Source of the DNA: Octopus sinensis
Lineage: Eukaryota
Assembly (NCBI RefSeq): GCF_006345805.1
Contig: NC_043021.1
Span: 13,330,001-13,394,000, forward strand
Direction of reading: 5' to 3'
DNA length: 64,000 nt
The position numbers and the translations under genes are program-made. Positions 39,824 through 53,874 of this stretch are shown piece after piece (positions within the stretch are counted from its first letter, which is position 1; the number at the start of each line of letters is the position of its first letter). A model generated the notes under the pieces. The model had not been told where the DNA came from. It worked only from the letters and a program-made list of their open reading frames with translations, and did no database searches.

Positions 39824-41775
39824 CCTCCTTCTTTCCTGAGCATCCAATAATACTATATTTGTTCCCCGTCCTCGCGTTGTTGTGTTTTTTTGTGCTTTCT
39901 TGTTTGGATTATGTATGTATGTATGTATGTATGTATGTATGTATGTATGTATGCATGCATGCATGCATGCATGCATGTATGCATGTATATGTATGTGTGT
40001 CTGTGTATATATATTGTCTACTTTGGAAACGGTTCCTATGGTTTGATGCTCTTCTCAATGCCAGCTATCTTACAGCAAGTACCAGATGTGTTTTTTTATG
40101 CCACCATCACTAGTGAAGTTACCCTGAAGCTTGCATGATGTTGAACCAAGAGCAACAGCTTTGTGCTGGGAGACGAAGGGTTAAAACATGAAGAATGAAG
40201 CCAGGACAGAACAGGCTTTTTGCTGTACAGGAGCTACAAGTTACGTACGTACATACATATACACATACATGGTGGTTGTCTATTCCTTATGCAGAGTCTG
40301 ACCACCTCTTGTACCAATACCTTACATCCATCTGATATCTGATGTGGGTTTTTTTAAAACCAATGTACTGAAAAGACACCCAAATAGATAGCATATCTGA
40401 TTTGGACCACCAAGAGCTGCATACATACATTACATACATCCATCATCATCACCATCAAATGTCCGTTTTCCATGCTAGCATGGGAAGGAGGGTTTAACTG
40501 GTAAGGCCTGGGGCTGCACCAGACTCCATTGTCTGTTCTGACATGGTTTCTATGACTAGATGCTCTTCCTAAAGCCAACCACTCCACAGAGTGTACCAGG
40601 TGCTTTTTATGTGGCACCAGTATCAATTCTACTGTAGCAGATGGATCTTCTTGAGTACAAAAAGGTGCCAGATATCTCGGTCCTCTGTCATCTGCTTCAA
40701 AAGGCTTAGTGTCTTGAGATCAGCCTTCAATACTCATACCATGTCTTCCTGAATCTCTCTCTTCCACAAGTTCCATCCAAATATATATTTATATATAGAC
40801 ACGTACACACACACAAACACACACATGTTAGTGGGAATATATTTCTAATATGTTCTAATTTCTAAAGATGTGCCGGCGGAACATAAAAAACTCCATTCAA
40901 GCATGGTCGTTGCCAGTGCTGCCTGACTGACTCCCGGTGGCATGTTAAAAGCACCATTCGAGCCTGGTTATTGCCAGTGCTGCCTGACTGGTCCTCATGC
41001 CGGTGGCACGTAAAAAAGCTCTCACTAAACTCTCAGAGTGGTTGGCATTAGGAAAGGCATCCATCCAGCTGTAGAAACTTTGCCAGATCAGATTGGAGCC
41101 TGGTGTAGCCTTCTGGATTGCCAGTCCTCAATCATACCTTCCAACCCATGCCAGCATGGAAAGCAGATGTTAAAAATGATGATGATGATGAATGTCAATG
41201 CAGTTAGCTGTGGAGAAATATTCTCACTTACAGTAAAGGTTTAGATACACCTCTATCAGCTCAGTGGCATCCTCTTTTGGATCCCTAGCAGAATTAATAT
41301 CTCATTAATAGGGGATGTCAATAAAAGATGACCAATAGCTGACTGAAAAGCTATGACTTTATAGTCAAAAAGTCAATGTTAGTGACTAATTTGCACCTGT
41401 TGACAGGTAGAGGTGTGTGGCTCAGTGGTTAGGGTGTTGGGCTCGTGATTGTAAGGTTGTGGGTTTAATTCCTGGACCAGGCATTGTGTTGTGTTCTTGA
41501 GCAAAACACTTCATTTCATGTTGCTCCAGTTCACTCAGCAAAAATGAGTAACCCTATGATGGCTTGGCATCCAGTCCAGATGAGGAACTTATATGTCATG
41601 CAATCCAGGAAACCGGCCCTTACGAATCTGACCTGATTCAAGAAGATGATGCAACTTTACTTGTTGACTGCCAACTCACAACAAATACATAAGTAGCAAT
41701 GTGAAGCGATGAGGAGAAACAAACTTTAGATATATTGGATGGCCTGGGGGCCAGAAGCACACTAGAAGTACTCTA

Positions 41776-41810
<35 letters not shown>

Positions 41811-41946
41811 ATATATATTATATATATATGAATATATATTTGCACACACATATATATCTATCTATCTATGTCTATCTATCTATATATATCTATATCTATC
41901 TATATGCACACACACACACGCATGAATCTATCTATCTATCTATCTA

Positions 41947-42007
<61 letters not shown>

Positions 42008-42478
42008 TGTGTGTGTGTGTGTCAGTGTGTGTGTGTGTGTCAGTGTGTGTGTGTGTGTCAGTGTGTGTTCATTTTAAAGTAGATGCCTCTCTTTGCTGTC
42101 ACTACTCTGAATTTCCAACCTTGAAGTAAGAGAGATCATTAATATTTGGCAAACGACACTAGGAAGTAATAAATCTTGTATTATGTCACCATATTTTAGT
42201 AATTGTGTCGACACACAGACATCAATCATCTGATACAAAAACACACTTCTGTATTGGGGTGACAGTAAAAGAGTTAGTCAGACATTATTTTTAGAACCGG
42301 TGATTATGGCATCGAATAGCAATAAGACTAAATGCTTTTTGATTCTCACCTAAATTTTTCTAAATAGTTTCTTCAGTTGCCTTGTTTGTGAGTTTTGTAG
42401 GTTATGTTTTGAAACAAGATAGTCCAGTATTTGGAGCTGTTTTTTTTTTTTTTAATGGTGCTTAATTCAAAAAATGTG

Positions 42479-42793
42479 GAGGCACAATGGCCCAGTGGTT
42501 AGGGCAGCGGACTCGCGGTCGGAGGATCGTGGTTTTGATTCCCAGACCAGGTGTTGTGTGTGTTTATTGAGCGAAAATACCTAAAAGCTCCACAAAGCTC
42601 CAGCAGGGGGTGTTGGCGACCCCTGTGGTACTCTTTCACCACAACTTTCTCTCACTCTCTCTTCCTGTTTCTTGAGTAATGCTGCGATGGACTGGTGTCC
42701 TGTCCAGCTGGGGGGAACACATACGCCATAGAAACTGGGAAACTGGGCCCATGAGCCTAGCTAGGCTTGAAAAGGGTGAAAGAAAAAGAAGAA
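42479..42793 (+). mobile_element. SINE family D, full length
   Basis: tRNA-like head, ctgcgatggactggtgtcctgtccag segment, same tail as the 23117 copy. Confidence 0.8.
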
Positions 42794-43543
42794 TTCAAAG
42801 AATACAACAAAGCATCAATAGCAAAGTTAAGTTTGGCAGAGTGTGTTAGAGCATCAAATAAATTGTTTTGCAGTATTTATCCTGAATCTCAAAGTGCTGG
42901 GTTCAAATCTTGCCAAGGTCAATGTGGCCTTGCACCTTTTCAGTATTTATACGTAAAATAGCATGAAGTTGGTGGTTCAGAAGTCTGCTTCTCAACCACA
43001 TGGTTCCTGGTTCAGTCCCAATGCATGGCACCTTGGGTAGGTGTCTTCTACTTTACTGACCAAAAGCCTTGTGAGTGAATTTGTTATGCAGAAACTGTGT
43101 GGAAGTCCACTGTGCACATACACGTGTGTGTTTGTGCCACCACCACCACCACCAAAACCCCCACCACCACCAAGACACCACCACCACTACCACCATGTGA
43201 TGACCAGTGTTAGTTTGTTTATGTCCCTATAACTTAACAGTTCATCCAAAAATACTGACAGAATAAGTTCCAAAATTAATAAAACAAGTCCTGCGTTTAA
43301 TCTGTTTGACTAAACCCTTCAAACCAGTGACCCAGCATGGCCACACACAATCTAATGACAGATACAAATTAAAGATATGAGTGTGTATGTGTGTTTGTGT
43401 GTAGTTGTGTGTGTAAACACACATACACACACACACACACACACACATTGATGTCTGATTCTATATTCAGTTATAATAAAAACAATTTTTCTTTAATCAG
43501 AGGGATTACTTTTGTAGATTACAAATGTATTATTCTTATACAC

Positions 43544-43861
43544 GAATGTTGTTGACAGTGACTTCGAAGTTTCAACCAGCTAAGCCCATTGTTAGAATAT
43601 CTGACAATAGCTTTGCTGGCCAAAACTTTGAAGTCACTGTCGACAACATTCCTCTTTAAGAATAATATATGAAAAGTTTTATCATCACTAATTGTGACCA
43701 CGGGTGCCCCGTATTACAAGAAATAAGAGTCAAAAACTCTTAATGCTATAAGAAGGACACAATATATATACACTAACTGTGTGCTTCTGACAGAATTAAG
43801 AGGTTTTAACTCTTATTTCTTGAAGTACAGGTACTTCAGCATCCTCCATCACAATTAGTGA
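43544..43861. repeat. Two adjacent small inverted-repeat (MITE-like) elements
   Basis: 43544-43651 has 29-bp arms with 2 mismatches. 43685-43861 has terminal tcactaattgtga/tcacaattagtga plus inner caagaaataagagt/actcttatttcttg arms. Confidence 0.7.
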
Positions 43862-43933
43862 CAATAAAAAATTTCCTTTATGGCATTATATGGCGCCTAA
43901 CTGTTTACATTAATTATATATATATATATATAA

Positions 43934-43999
<66 letters not shown>

Positions 44000-45683
44000 A
44001 GACCCTTTTGGTCATGGATGACCATGGGATTTGCTCCTAGAAAGTTACCCTCCCAGGCACAAGTCCAGGCAAGGGTGTTTATGGAAGACCCATGCATGCC
44101 GGCCTCCTCTCTCCACGCCACCAGTGTTATCCAAGAGAAAGGCAAAGGCGATACAGCTTGGCACCTGTGACATCGCAACTCATTTCTACAGCTGAGTGTA
44201 CTGGAGCAATGAGAAATATAGTGTCTTGCTCAAGAACACAACACATAGCCCGGTCCGGGATTCAAACTCACAACCTCGCGATCGTAAGCTCAACGCTCTA
44301 ACCACTGATGTATATATTACATCATATGTAATCAAACCTAAGTTTGTTTTTGAAGCACTGAAACGTATTGTAGCACAAGTAGAAAGATATATTTTTTGAA
44401 CGCGTAAAATACTGATATAACAGTATATATGGGATAATATCCCTTACAGAGCAGAAAAATTTGTCAGTAACCAGCATCTTGCAGCTCACCTGCGATAGAC
44501 CGGCGTCCCATCCAGGTGGGGAACCTATACGCCAAGGAAACCAGGAAAACCGGCCCTATGAGCTAGGCATGGCTCGAGAAGGAACAAAAACAACATACAA
44601 TCATGAAGAAACAAATATCTAAGATAGGCGTGGCTGTGTGAAGCTCACTTCACCACCAGAGGTCTGGGTTCAGTCCCACTGCATGACACCTCGGGCAAGT
44701 ACTTTCTACTATAACTCCAGGTCAACCAATGTCTTATGAAGGGATTTGGTACATTGAAACTGTGTGGAAGCCCATGGTCCATATAATTTACATATGTGCC
44801 TGTGTTTAGTTCCAACTGCCACCACTTGACGACTGGTGTTGGTTTGTTTATGTCCCCATAACTTAGTGAAGGAACAAAAGAAAATGTTAGAATAAATACC
44901 AAGCTAAATGATAATTAAAAAAAGTCCCGGGGATGATTTGTTCAACTAAAACCCTTCGAGGTGGTGCTCCAGCATGGCTGCAGTCCAATGACTGAAACAA
45001 GTACAAGATAAAAGATAAAATATATATGGACCCTCTCATACAATGAATGTTCCAATCATTTCCTTAACACAACTATATAATCATTGAATTATAATGTAAG
45101 TGGCCGAATATTCCACATAGACGTAATGCTCTAGTAGGCCTAGGTACAATCTGAGTTGCTACACAGTCTTCTGTCAACCCAATTTCATCCACAACACTTT
45201 GATCAATATACTGCAGTTGTAGAAGACACTTGGTGCAGTATGCCAAAGAGGAAGATCGAACTCAGAACTTCGAGTCTGAAATGAACCTTTGTAATTACTT
45301 AACCACGAAACTATTCTTTAAAGAAGTGGTCTACAACTTTTGCACCACAGTCCCGTGTTGTGCAAAACAATTTTTTCTAAGGACTATGGGATCACACACA
45401 TAACACAATAAAGGGAGCTGGTGACACGTAAAAGGCAGCCGTACCAGTGACACGTAGAAGACACCCAGGGCACTATGTGAAGTGGTTGGCGTTAGGAAGG
45501 GCATCCAGCTGTAGAAACGAAGTCAAAACAGACGACTGGAGCTTAGTGCAGCACTTCAGCTTACGAGCTCTGGTGAAACCGTCTTACCCATGCTAGCACG
45601 GAAAACGGGCGCTAAATGATGATGATGATGATATATAATATATAGAATATATATATATACAACGTTAAATGTTATAATGCATA

Positions 45684-46118
45684 GGCGCAGGAGTGGCTGT
45701 GTGGTAAGTAGCTTGTTTACCAACCACATTGTTCTGGGTTCAGTTCCACTGCGTGGCACCTTGCGCAAGTGTCTTCTACTATAGCCTCGGGCTGACCAAA
45801 GCCTTGTGAGTGGATTTGGTAGACGGAAACTGAAAGAAGCCCGTCGTATATATGTATATATATATATATATAATATATATATATATAATATATATATATA
45901 TGCGTGTGTGTGTTTGCGTGTCTGTGTTTGTCCCCCTAGCATTGCTTGACAACCGATGCTGGTGTGTTTATGTCCCCGTTACTTAGCGGTTCGGCAAAAG
46001 AGACCGATAGAATAAGTACTGGGCTTACAAAAGAATAAGTCCCGAGTTGCTCGATTAAAGGCGGTGCTCCAGCATGGCCGCAGTCAAATGACTGAAACAA
46101 GTAAAAGAGTAAAAGAGA
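45684..46118 (+). mobile_element. SINE family A, full length
   Basis: Family A consensus. Confidence 0.9.
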
Positions 46119-46641
46119 ATATATATGCAAATGCATCCAACGAATTACGATGGTCAATAAAATACAAATAAAATTTTTAAAATTTATTCTTCCTCTGCGG
46201 CCCGATGATTGAGACCTTTACTTTAGATTACAGAATCATTTACATCCAGAAAGTTTGGTCAGTTCGTACGCCTTGGGGAGACGAGAACACTTGACAGAAA
46301 AAAAAAATGATATTTGATTTCAATTTCTTTTTCCTTTTCACTGGGTACGATGATGTCGTTGTCTATTAACTGAGGATGGAATGGGAAGCAATGTTGTTGA
46401 TGCCTCTCCTCCAAAGGGTAATTAAAAGCAAAGTCAAAGGCAACGGTTACAGAATCGTAGATCGTTCAATATAACTGTCTTCAGGAAATTCACGTTAACT
46501 ATATAAGTGAAGGGAGGTAACTCTAAATGGAGTACTGTAAAGTCACATGCATTATCGTTCTTAGACGGAAGATAACGCGTTACAATTTTAAGCATCATGA
46601 AGAGTTAGTACGCTTACATACATACGAATACCATTTACATA

Positions 46642-46682
<41 letters not shown>

Positions 46683-46684
<2 letters not shown>

Positions 46685-46933
46685 GCAATCTCTCGACTAT
46701 CGCGGTGTTACATTCCAAAACCTCCCGCGACAGGTGAAAATCCGCGAAGTACATACAGTACTGTACTGTATATATTTTAAAATTATTCTTATAATTTATA
46801 TATATTTACTTTAATCATAAATGCAAAACAACACCACAGAGGAATCGACGCAAGCTTAAGTAATTAACCGCGATAGGTGAACCGCGATAGGTGAACCGCG
46901 ATAGGTGAACCGCGATATGGCGAGGGATTACAG
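46683..46933. mobile_element. Tigger-like MITE
   Basis: TIRs cagcaatctctcg / cgagggattacag; internal 14-bp repeat aaccgcgataggtg, about 3.5 copies. Confidence 0.75.
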
Positions 46934-47969
46934 TGTGTGTGTGTGTGTGTGTGTATACATACGTTTCTGAATTTGTGTTGCGAGGTTCCTGATGCGAACC
47001 CGTGTGTTGAAACAGATATTGTTTGTATTTCGGGACGGTTTTTTTTTTAATGAAATAAACACACGTACTATATGTTCGTTCTTCACTCAATTATTACTTA
47101 TCCCAATAAGCGGAGCAAGAGTCCACAAGAAGATGGTAGGTGTTGCTGAAGAGGTCACAGATGTGTGACGAAAGATTTCTGGGCAATGGACATGATTGTT
47201 AGAATAAGAACATGTATTTATTGGGAGGGGGGGGGAATGACCGTCCCGAAATATAACAATATGGGGAAGGCCGGTTTATGGGATTACCTTAGGTTTCCCA
47301 TCCATAAAGGGTTTAGCTTTGTGGCGTATAGTCATATACATATGTGTGTGTGTACTCATACATGTATGAGCACACGTCTTTATATTTACAGTGTCGAAGC
47401 TGATTAAGCATCAGATTTAACTCCTGTGATAATTACATGTGACGATGCAAGACAACGTGAGCTCCATAAACAGTGGGGAGGGAAGAGAGTGGAGGGAGAA
47501 AGAAGTCGAAGGCCAAGGTTTGGGCATTTTCTTTAGCAAAGACAATCTGTAACATATCAGCTGCCTCGCGATCTCCACTTGGTCCAACGGCAGCACTCCC
47601 GAGACAATTGGAGCAATCGTTCCAACGTCGGAGTTGTTGAAACTACGTGACCTACTTCCGCTTGTTATGTCGGACTTTGGACCTGATAATAATCCTGGCT
47701 TTGCATACGACAGGCGTTGGCGACAGCTGTCCTAGATGTCACGCCGAGTCTCCAAAGGAAAACGGGGAGTCTTTTACTGACTGATTCTAAGGAGTTGCCC
47801 CTGTCGGGCTCAGATACACGCACAGAAATTCGTACACAGAGACAGGAACATACGCATGCACACAGCTGCGCATATACATATTTAAGCGTACAGACACACA
47901 CATGCACGGAAAATACGCACATATATACATATTTTACGAATTATTTATATATATATATATATATATACA

Positions 47970-48640
47970 CTTTATTTTAAGCAGCAGAAAATTCAACAAA
48001 ATCTGTTACTCTGAGTTTCTCGTTGCCGTTCATCAGACAGTTTTTGCTAGAATGGAACTTATATATTAATTCAATCTATACCCTTACAAACGCTACACCT
48101 TTAAAAGGAATGGACTTGTTTGATTGGCCCTTTAAAAAAAACGGTCAATCTTCGAGCGATAAACAAAAAGGTCAAAAAATATGTATATATATATAAAAAA
48201 ACTTATAAAAATTATAAAATCCGAGGAAAAACCGAGGAAAAAACCTATTGCCGTTAATGAAGACAGTACATTAACGGCAATAGGTTTTTTCCTCGGTTTT
48301 TTCCTCGGATTTTATAATTTTTTAATTTTTATAAGTTTTTTTATATATATATACATATATTTTTGACCTTTTTGTTTATCGCTCGAAGATTGACCGTTTT
48401 TTCTAAAGGGCCAATCAAACAAGTCCATTTCTTTTTAAAGGTGTAGCGTTTGTAAGAGTATAGATTGAATTAATATATAAGTTCCATTCTAGCAAAAACT
48501 GTCTGATGAACGGCAACGAGAAACTCAGAGTAACAGATTTTGTTGAATTTTCTGCTGCTTAAAATAAAGCATATTACTCTACCACTGGTATTTGAGTACT
48601 CTTTTTTCCACCTTGTTTCACATTTATGTGTTTACTCCGG
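47970..48640 (+). mobile_element. Hammerhead fold-back family 1, longest copy (about 290-bp arms, 9-nt loop, 71-bp tail)
   Basis: 47970-48259 pairs with 48269-48569, with a few substitutions and small indels; tail 48570-48640; (TA)n on both sides. Confidence 0.9.
48495..48541 (+). ncRNA. Minimal type-I hammerhead ribozyme motif (family 1)
   Basis: Same motif as 33214-33260; predicted cut after GUA at 48532; mirror copy on the minus strand at about 47997-48044. Confidence 0.6.
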
Positions 48641-48858
48641 TATATATATATATATATATATATTATGAATTTGAGGTAAAACATTTTACCTTCGCCCATA
48701 TAATACAATAAATGAATTAATTGCATTGCAATTCTTAGCATTTATGTATTAGCCTTTCTGGGTACTTTACTGGCAGTATATTGGATAAATGATATCCCAT
48801 AGTGGGTTATACTCATAACCCCTATCTCACTTTGTACTTTTATATATATATATGTATG

Positions 48859-48899
<41 letters not shown>

Positions 48900-49149
48900 T
48901 TACACCTATATACATATATAGAGTTTATGCATATTCATACACACAAAAATAGTTAAATATCCGGGAACACATAGTACAGTTGCTTATATGTTAATGTTTG
49001 TACATTTATGTTTATGCACAAACACACATTGACACATGTCTATACATAATACACATACAGACGTGTGTCTGTATATATACATATAAATATATATAGACGC
49101 GCACACACACAAATTGATACATACGTAGTTATGTAAATACACACATATA

Positions 49150-49832
49150 TTGGGTTATCCCATAAATAATGCGGGGTTTTTTCAATTGCATGAACTAAAA
49201 GTCAGAGGGAGACGGGATAAACTACCTGCATCAACTTGCTATAAAAGTAGGTAGTAATGTTACCTTAAACTTATTCTTAGTGCAAGTTTCGGAGAGTGCA
49301 GTTCGATATTAAAATTTATTTTTTTCAAAGCTATAATGGAAGTGACAAAGGAGCATATTCGGCATATTTCGCTTTCTGAGTTCAATAAAGGCAACAACGC
49401 AACGAAAGTTCGAGGAATATTAATGCAGTATATGGGGACCGGGCAATAAGTGCAATCCAGTGTCAATGGTAGCTCCAGAAACTCCGAGCCGGGAACTGCA
49501 GCCTAAGAAGATCTTTAGCGCTCGACGGAGACGTCCTGTAAACCCAGGTGGAACGAAATCTCATGGTAATTGTTGAGGAAGTAGTAGAGAAGACAACTGT
49601 AGAGTATATTTTCGATTAAAAAAGAACTATAATTATATTGAACGATCTACGATTCTGTAGCCGTTACCTTTGACTTTGCTTTTAATTACCCTTTGGAGGA
49701 GTGCTTTTAATTACCCTTTGGAGGAGTGGCATGAACAACACTGCTTCACATTCCATCCTCAGTTTTCTTATCTTAATTTTGAAAAATAAAGGAAATATAA
49801 TAAAACCCCGCATTATTTATGGGATGACCTAA
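49150..49832 (+). mobile_element. Internally deleted mariner transposon
   Basis: 31-bp TIRs ttgggttatcccataaataatgcggggtttt / aaaaccccgcattatttatgggatgacctaa; upstream TA. Confidence 0.9.
49336..49592 (+). pseudogene. Mariner transposase N-terminal (HTH) remnant
   Basis: MEVTKEHIRHISLSEFNKGNNATK, frameshift, RNINAVYGDRAISAIQCQW*LQKLRAGNCSL: typical mariner N-terminus with a stop and frameshifts. Confidence 0.85.
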
Positions 49833-50258
49833 GAGATAGATAAATATTTACACGCACTCACACACACGTTTATATAAATATTTACACATTCGTTTATGCA
49901 CACACATACATTTAAACGTAATAGAGACATATAAATAACACATTTATGTGCAAACACGCACACATACACGTGCATAATACATACAGACGTATTTAAGCAG
50001 ACATACCTATATAAGTATCTGTGCATATATTGATGCACACACACAATGCATACATATATATATACAAATTGAAGCATCAATATATGCACACACACACAAT
50101 ACACAAATATATACAAATTGAAGCAGAAACACACATCTCTATACATATTTATGCATACACACATGCGCATGTATACATCCATGCTTAATACACACACATA
50201 TATATATATGTATATATATATATGTGTATGTATATATATATATATGTGTATGTGTATA

Positions 50259-50307
<49 letters not shown>

Positions 50308-50332
50308 GACATATACATATATAGATATACAT

Positions 50333-50371
<39 letters not shown>

Positions 50372-50772
50372 ATATATATATTCATGCTTATTTTATTGAT
50401 CCCAGAGGGAGAAATGGTAAAGAGAGTGTCAACAGCACTTGAACACAGAACAGATCATAAAATGAATGCATTAAAATCTAGCAATCATTTAAGACATATG
50501 CTTCTCTGGTTCTGCTAATTAACATGCTCTCTCTCTTTCTCTTTCTCTCTCCTCTCACACACACACACATACATACATACATACATGCAGGTAGTCCCTT
50601 TCACACACATATACAAGCATTCACTCATTCACATAGACAAGCACACACTCAAACATGCACTTCAGCACTGCCGGCAGCCTTGTCTTGGGAAAGGAAAGAA
50701 GATGAATTACTAAAACGTAAATTAGTAAGAACTTATTAACAAGGCTACATGTGTGTGTGTGTGTGTGTGTGT

Positions 50773-50811
<39 letters not shown>

Positions 50812-50889
50812 TGTGTGTGTATATCATATATACATATATATGTATGTACTTATGTATGTGCATGTGTGTGTGTTGTATGTATATATATA

Positions 50890-50929
<40 letters not shown>

Positions 50930-51526
50930 TTAAAAAATATCACACACACACACATAACGTCCCCCCCACACACACACATGCAACAACCCCCTCCCCCCAC
51001 ACCACCAAACTAAAGTGGAATAATAAATCTTCTTTAAGGTACAAAATAATCCCAGTCCTTATATAAACACTACAAAGTGGCTACTGAGTCACTTTGTTGT
51101 TTTTTTTTTAACTTTTGTGTTTCACTTCAGATTTTAGAAAGATAAGACAAGATCCTGTTCAGTAGGCCAAACTGGTTATCAGGTGGAACTCTGGTTATTT
51201 ATTGTAGGAATGAGTTAAATGTCCAGTCTTACAGGAGTCATAAATTGGGGAGTGAATAAAACACGCCATGTGTGCGTGTATAAGTATATGCATTTATATG
51301 TGTGTGTTTGTGTATACATATATATGTGTATGTATATATGTATATATGTATGTGTGTGTATATGTATATATATATGTATATATGTGTGTGTATAAATATG
51401 TATATATATGTATACATATATATATATGTATACATATATGTATATATATGTATACATATATGTATATATATATATGTATATACATATATATATATATGTA
51501 TATATATATGTATATATATATATGTA

Positions 51527-51770
51527 CTGGAGTAAACACATAAATGTGAAACAAGGTGGAAAAAAGAGTACTCAAATACCAGTGGTAGAGTAATATGCTT
51601 TATTTAAAGCAGCAGAAAATTCAACAAAATCTGTTACTCTGAGTTCTCGTTGCCGTCATCAGACAGTTACCTTGCAAAGCAACCTCTATTCTAGCAAAAA
51701 CTGTCTGATGAACGGCACGAGAAACTCAGAGTAACAGATTTTGTTGAATTTTCTGCTGCTTTAAATAAAG
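51527..51770 (-). mobile_element. Hammerhead fold-back family 1, reverse-oriented copy
   Basis: Tail 51527-51597, arm 51598-51668, short unrelated spacer, opposite arm about 51688-51770 ending aaataaag; (TA)n-rich flanks. Confidence 0.85.
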
Positions 51771-52069
51771 TATATATATATGTGTATATATTATATATAT
51801 TATATATATAATGTGTGTGTGTGTGTGTGTATATATATATGTATTTATATATATATATGTATATTTATATGTATTTATAGATATATATATGTATATATAT
51901 GTGTGTATATATATGTATGTGTGTGTATGTCTATATATAATGCTAATGATTTTGCCAGCTTGTCACCTTACTGTCATTAAATATTCCAAAAGAACTGGAC
52001 AAATATGTTTTTCACAATTCCCTAGTACTTTCATGGTTTGTTGTAACAATCTTCAGGTGAATAGCATCA

Positions 52070-52490
52070 CAATATCAATTATCATACATCACAGAATCTA
52101 CTAGGATACATCATAGCATCTATTATATGTTATGGATTCAAATATGATATGTCTCAGATTCAAATATGATGTCATACTATTAATTTTGAGATGTACTATC
52201 AATTATATATCATAATATCAATTATGATACATATCATAGAATCAATTATATGTCATAGAGTCAATTATGATACATCATAGTACCAATTATAAGACATCGT
52301 ATTATCAATTATGATATGTCATAGAATTAATTATGATATGCCATATTATCAATCATGATTCGTCATAGTATCAGTTATGAGACATCATAGCGTCAATTAA
52401 GGTATGTCATGAATTATGATACATCATAGCACCAATTATGAGACTTCATAGTATCCCTATTATGATGTGTCATAGTACAAATTATGATGG
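52070..52490. repeat. Degenerate ~21-bp minisatellite
   Basis: Recurring unit like atcaattatgatacatcatag. Confidence 0.8.
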
Positions 52491-53133
52491 CACACTTTGT
52501 ATGAAAACCTTTACTATTAAGAGAAAATGCGATCATACTGATGTATTGTAAATATACATAGAAAATCCGGTTGTGCTGGACTTTTAATGACATATTTAGA
52601 CACAACATATGCACACACACACACAAACATACATGCGCACACACACACACAGGTATGTGTGTGAGTCAGAGGGTATGTATGCATATAAAGTATATACAAC
52701 AGAGTAAACTTAGTGCAATGAAAGTAAATATTTTAGGGTATTTGGTTATTAAATAACAACAAGTGGCTCTGGCTTTATACCGAAGCATAAATCTAGCCCT
52801 TTGCCAAACCCTTCCTCATATCACACTATGGATGAACAGCCCTTGGTGACTCCCTCGGGAAAATGCCATGTGCTTGTTTGGGAATTTTCATAGAAGAATG
52901 CAAGGAAAGTTTCCCATGGTTGACCTGCTTTGTGTAGTTTTGATGTGACTTCATTTTGTTAGCTTGGAACAGACAAGTTTACCACAAGACAAGTTTATAT
53001 ATATACATATATAAATACATCCACCCATCCATCCATCCATCCATACATATATATATACATATGTGACCTCGTGTGTACTGTTGGCGATTTTTTTTCCTCT
53101 GTCTTCCCTTCTCTGGATCTTTTCTTCTCCTAT

Positions 53134-53168
53134 GTTTCCGACGAAGAGCTCTGCTCGAAACGTTAAAC
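53134..53168 (+). ncRNA. Minimal hammerhead-like motif, variant core (CCGACGA)
   Basis: gttt-CCGACGA-a-gagc-tct-gctc-GAAA-cg-TT-aaac; differs from the 39789 copy only at core position 7 and in loop II. Confidence 0.55.
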
Positions 53169-53296
53169 CCTCCTTCTTTCCTGAGCGTCCAATAATACTA
53201 TATTTGTTCCACGTCCTCGCGTTGTTGTGTTTTTTTGTGCTGTCTTGTTTGGATTAACTTTATATACATATATAAATACATCCACCCATCCATCCA

Positions 53297-53328
<32 letters not shown>

Positions 53329-53774
53329 ACATACATACACATACACACACCCACACACATACATACATATATATATATCATCATTGCCATCATCATTGAT
53401 GGTGCTACATTGTTACATGTCACCATGCAATGTTCCGCTCACAAGCAGCAGCTGACAGAATAAAATAGGAGCAAAGTTCAGAGTAATCAATTCGAACCAC
53501 TGAAGGCGGTGCCCCAGCACGGCCACAGTCCAGTGATTGAAACCAGTAATAGAATAAAGAAAATAATTAAGATTACACAGAGCTAACAATAACACCAGCA
53601 ACAATAGTATTTTTTTTTTTTATCAGGCAACAGTTAAATAGGTGAAACATGTGAATACAAAGTCCTCCATAGCTGTATCATAAAGTGGATGAGGTCAGTA
53701 GGGGAAAGAACCTGTATAATCTTTGTTATTGTAGCAGAAAAAAAAAACATGTAACAGAGATAGGGAAAAGAGAG

Positions 53775-53874
53775 NNNNNNNNNNNNNNNNNNNNNNNNNN
53801 NNNNNNNNNNNNNNNNNNNNNNNNNNNNNNNNNNNNNNNNNNNNNNNNNNNNNNNNNNNNNNNNNNNNNNNNNN
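53775..53874. other. Assembly gap (100 N)
   Basis: Run of exactly 100 n. Confidence 1.

Noticed and set aside
42481-42550. tRNA gene (also other SINE heads)
   Set aside because: A and B boxes are present but continue into SINE bodies; no complete cloverleaf or terminator.
47520-47815. CpG-rich stretch with 85-87 aa ORFs
   Set aside because: No recognisable protein or RNA motif; could be a transposon fragment but cannot be classified by eye.
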